Source: Sminthopsis crassicaudata | Lineage: Eukaryota | Length of the DNA: 64,000 nucleotides | NCBI RefSeq assembly: GCF_048593235.1 | Contig: NC_133617.1 | Location: forward strand, 9,367,607-9,431,606 | Reading direction: 5' to 3' | Shown: positions 62,540 to 64,000 of the stretch, in pieces | How positions within the stretch are numbered: the first letter of the stretch is position 1 | How the letters are laid out: each line of letters opens with the position of its first letter | Program-made: the position numbers and the translations under genes | The notes under the pieces: generated by a model | What the model saw: only the letters and a program-made list of their open reading frames with translations | The model's database searches: none | What the model was told of the DNA's origin: nothing

Positions 62540-64000
62540 CTACTGAGGCAGCTCTTTTCACGATAAAGCTCGGGCATCTAGCCTAAGACAGATGCTTTGC
62601 AAACTACCCTCCCCCCTCATTCTGTCCCCTGGGGCCCAGCAGAAGCAAGCTAACCCTTCCTCCTCCCCCTTCCCTGTGTGCTGCCCCCCCCCCCCCCGCT
62701 GGTCCAGAGCCCCCACAGCCCCCCCCACTTGCGTGGCCAGAGCTCCATCCTCCTGTCTCCTCCCGGCACCACCCGGGCCGACTGCTGGGCCCTCCCCGCT
62801 CACCGGCTCTTCAGGAGCCTCTATCCAGTCCTCCCGCAGCCTGGCCTTTTTTAAATTAAATTTTAAAAATGCACCTTGCTGTATGAATCATGTTGGGAGA
62901 GAAAAATCCGAACAAAACCACGGGAGAGAGTAAAACAAGAGAGGGAGCGCGGGACTTGTATTCCTCTCCCAAGTTGTTCTGGAAGCCGGGCAGTTTCTCC
63001 CGGACTCTGGGATTGCTTGGGCTCACTGAGCCGCCGGGAAGGACGAGCCTGACTGGGCCTGGTCTCGCCCCCGCCCGTCTCCGTCCTCTCCTCCTGGCCC
63101 CTCTCAGTGTGCCCCCTCCTGCAAGGACAGAACCGCCCAGAGGTGCTCTGAGCGGGAGCCGCTCTTCATTCACGGAGGCTGCACAAACGGAGGCTAAGCT
63201 GGAGTTAACTGGTGGGGACCCTCGGCGAGCGGGTGGCTCACTGTCCCTGAAGCCCAAGCTGCCCCCCTGGGTCTCAGTGCAGCCGGAGCCGGTTTCCTGA
63301 CCCAGTGCAAGGCGTTAACGTTTCCTCGCACGATTTCACGCCGGAGCCGGCCCAGAACACTGTGGATCAGTCCGTCATCAGGGTCACTACAGGTGAATTT
63401 GAGGCTGAAGGCAGAGACCCCACAATCCCAGCGGGATTTGTCTTAGAAAAGACTCCAGTCTGTTTCACAGATGTGGAAACTGAGGGCCTGGACATAAACT
63501 CAAGAACCCGTGGCCATGATAACAAAGTAATAACGCCAACAGTCCCTGGTTTTATGGGCCTTTAATGTTTGCCAAGTGCTTTGCTCAGGACAGCCCCGTG
63601 GGTCAGTGCCGTGAATGTGCTCAGAGGCAGCTCTGGCCTAGAGTCAGGAAGGCTTGAGTTGAGACTTGGTCTCCTGCTGTCTGCCTCAGTTCCCTCATCT
63701 GGAAAATGGAGCACCATGCTCTCAGGGGATCCAATGAGATAATTGTAAAATACACTGCAGATTTTATGGCCCAGAGAAATGCCGCTAATAAGAATTGTTA
63801 TAGTTATCACTGCAGGGGGCGGTAGCAAAGACTGGAAGAGTTAAAATGACTGGTCCATGGTTACTATGGGAACTTTGGATTCCACCGGGTAAAGTGTGGA
63901 CGGAGATGGGAGGAAGAAGAGCCTCCCCCTCCAATGAGCTTGTTCTAGAGGCCGCGGCCATCATTTCAACCCAACAGCCTGGCCTGACTTGGCAGAGGGG

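Noticed and set aside
62890-63565. ORFs at the right edge as possible P2RX6 start
   Set aside because: No YKTEK-type P2X N-terminal motif or transmembrane segment; P2RX6 is probably outside the window.

Overview
Mammalian genomic DNA, most likely marsupial (probably dasyurid). This is inferred from the CORE-SINE/Mar1-like SINEs, marsupial-type L1 3' ends and an OC1-like hAT MITE. The window is a GC-rich block syntenic with human 22q11.21. Gene order: 3' part of AIFM3 (+), LZTR1 (+, one exon mostly inside an assembly gap), THAP7 (-), an intact 5-exon TUBA3-type alpha-tubulin (-) and LRRC74B (-). Exon boundaries were read by hand from splice signals and frame continuity; comparisons with human proteins and gene order are from memory. 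Almost all ORFs in the supplied track are shadows of GC-rich DNA, tandem repeats or antisense exons. I found no demonstrably new protein system. The best leads are: (1) a ~37-bp minisatellite with 31 GTAAGT (U1-complementary) sites between two candidate LZTR1 poly(A) signals; (2) LZTR1 lacking the 52-aa human exon-10 insert while keeping its U12 intron; (3) an intact TUBA3 where human has a pseudogene; (4) a 21-nt AIFM3 microexon preceded by a 12x40-bp array of AG|GT motifs; (5) an OC1-like MITE nested in L1; (6) divergent CTCF-like sites around the tubulin gene; (7) a probable extra 5' exon of LRRC74B next to an RFX X-box.
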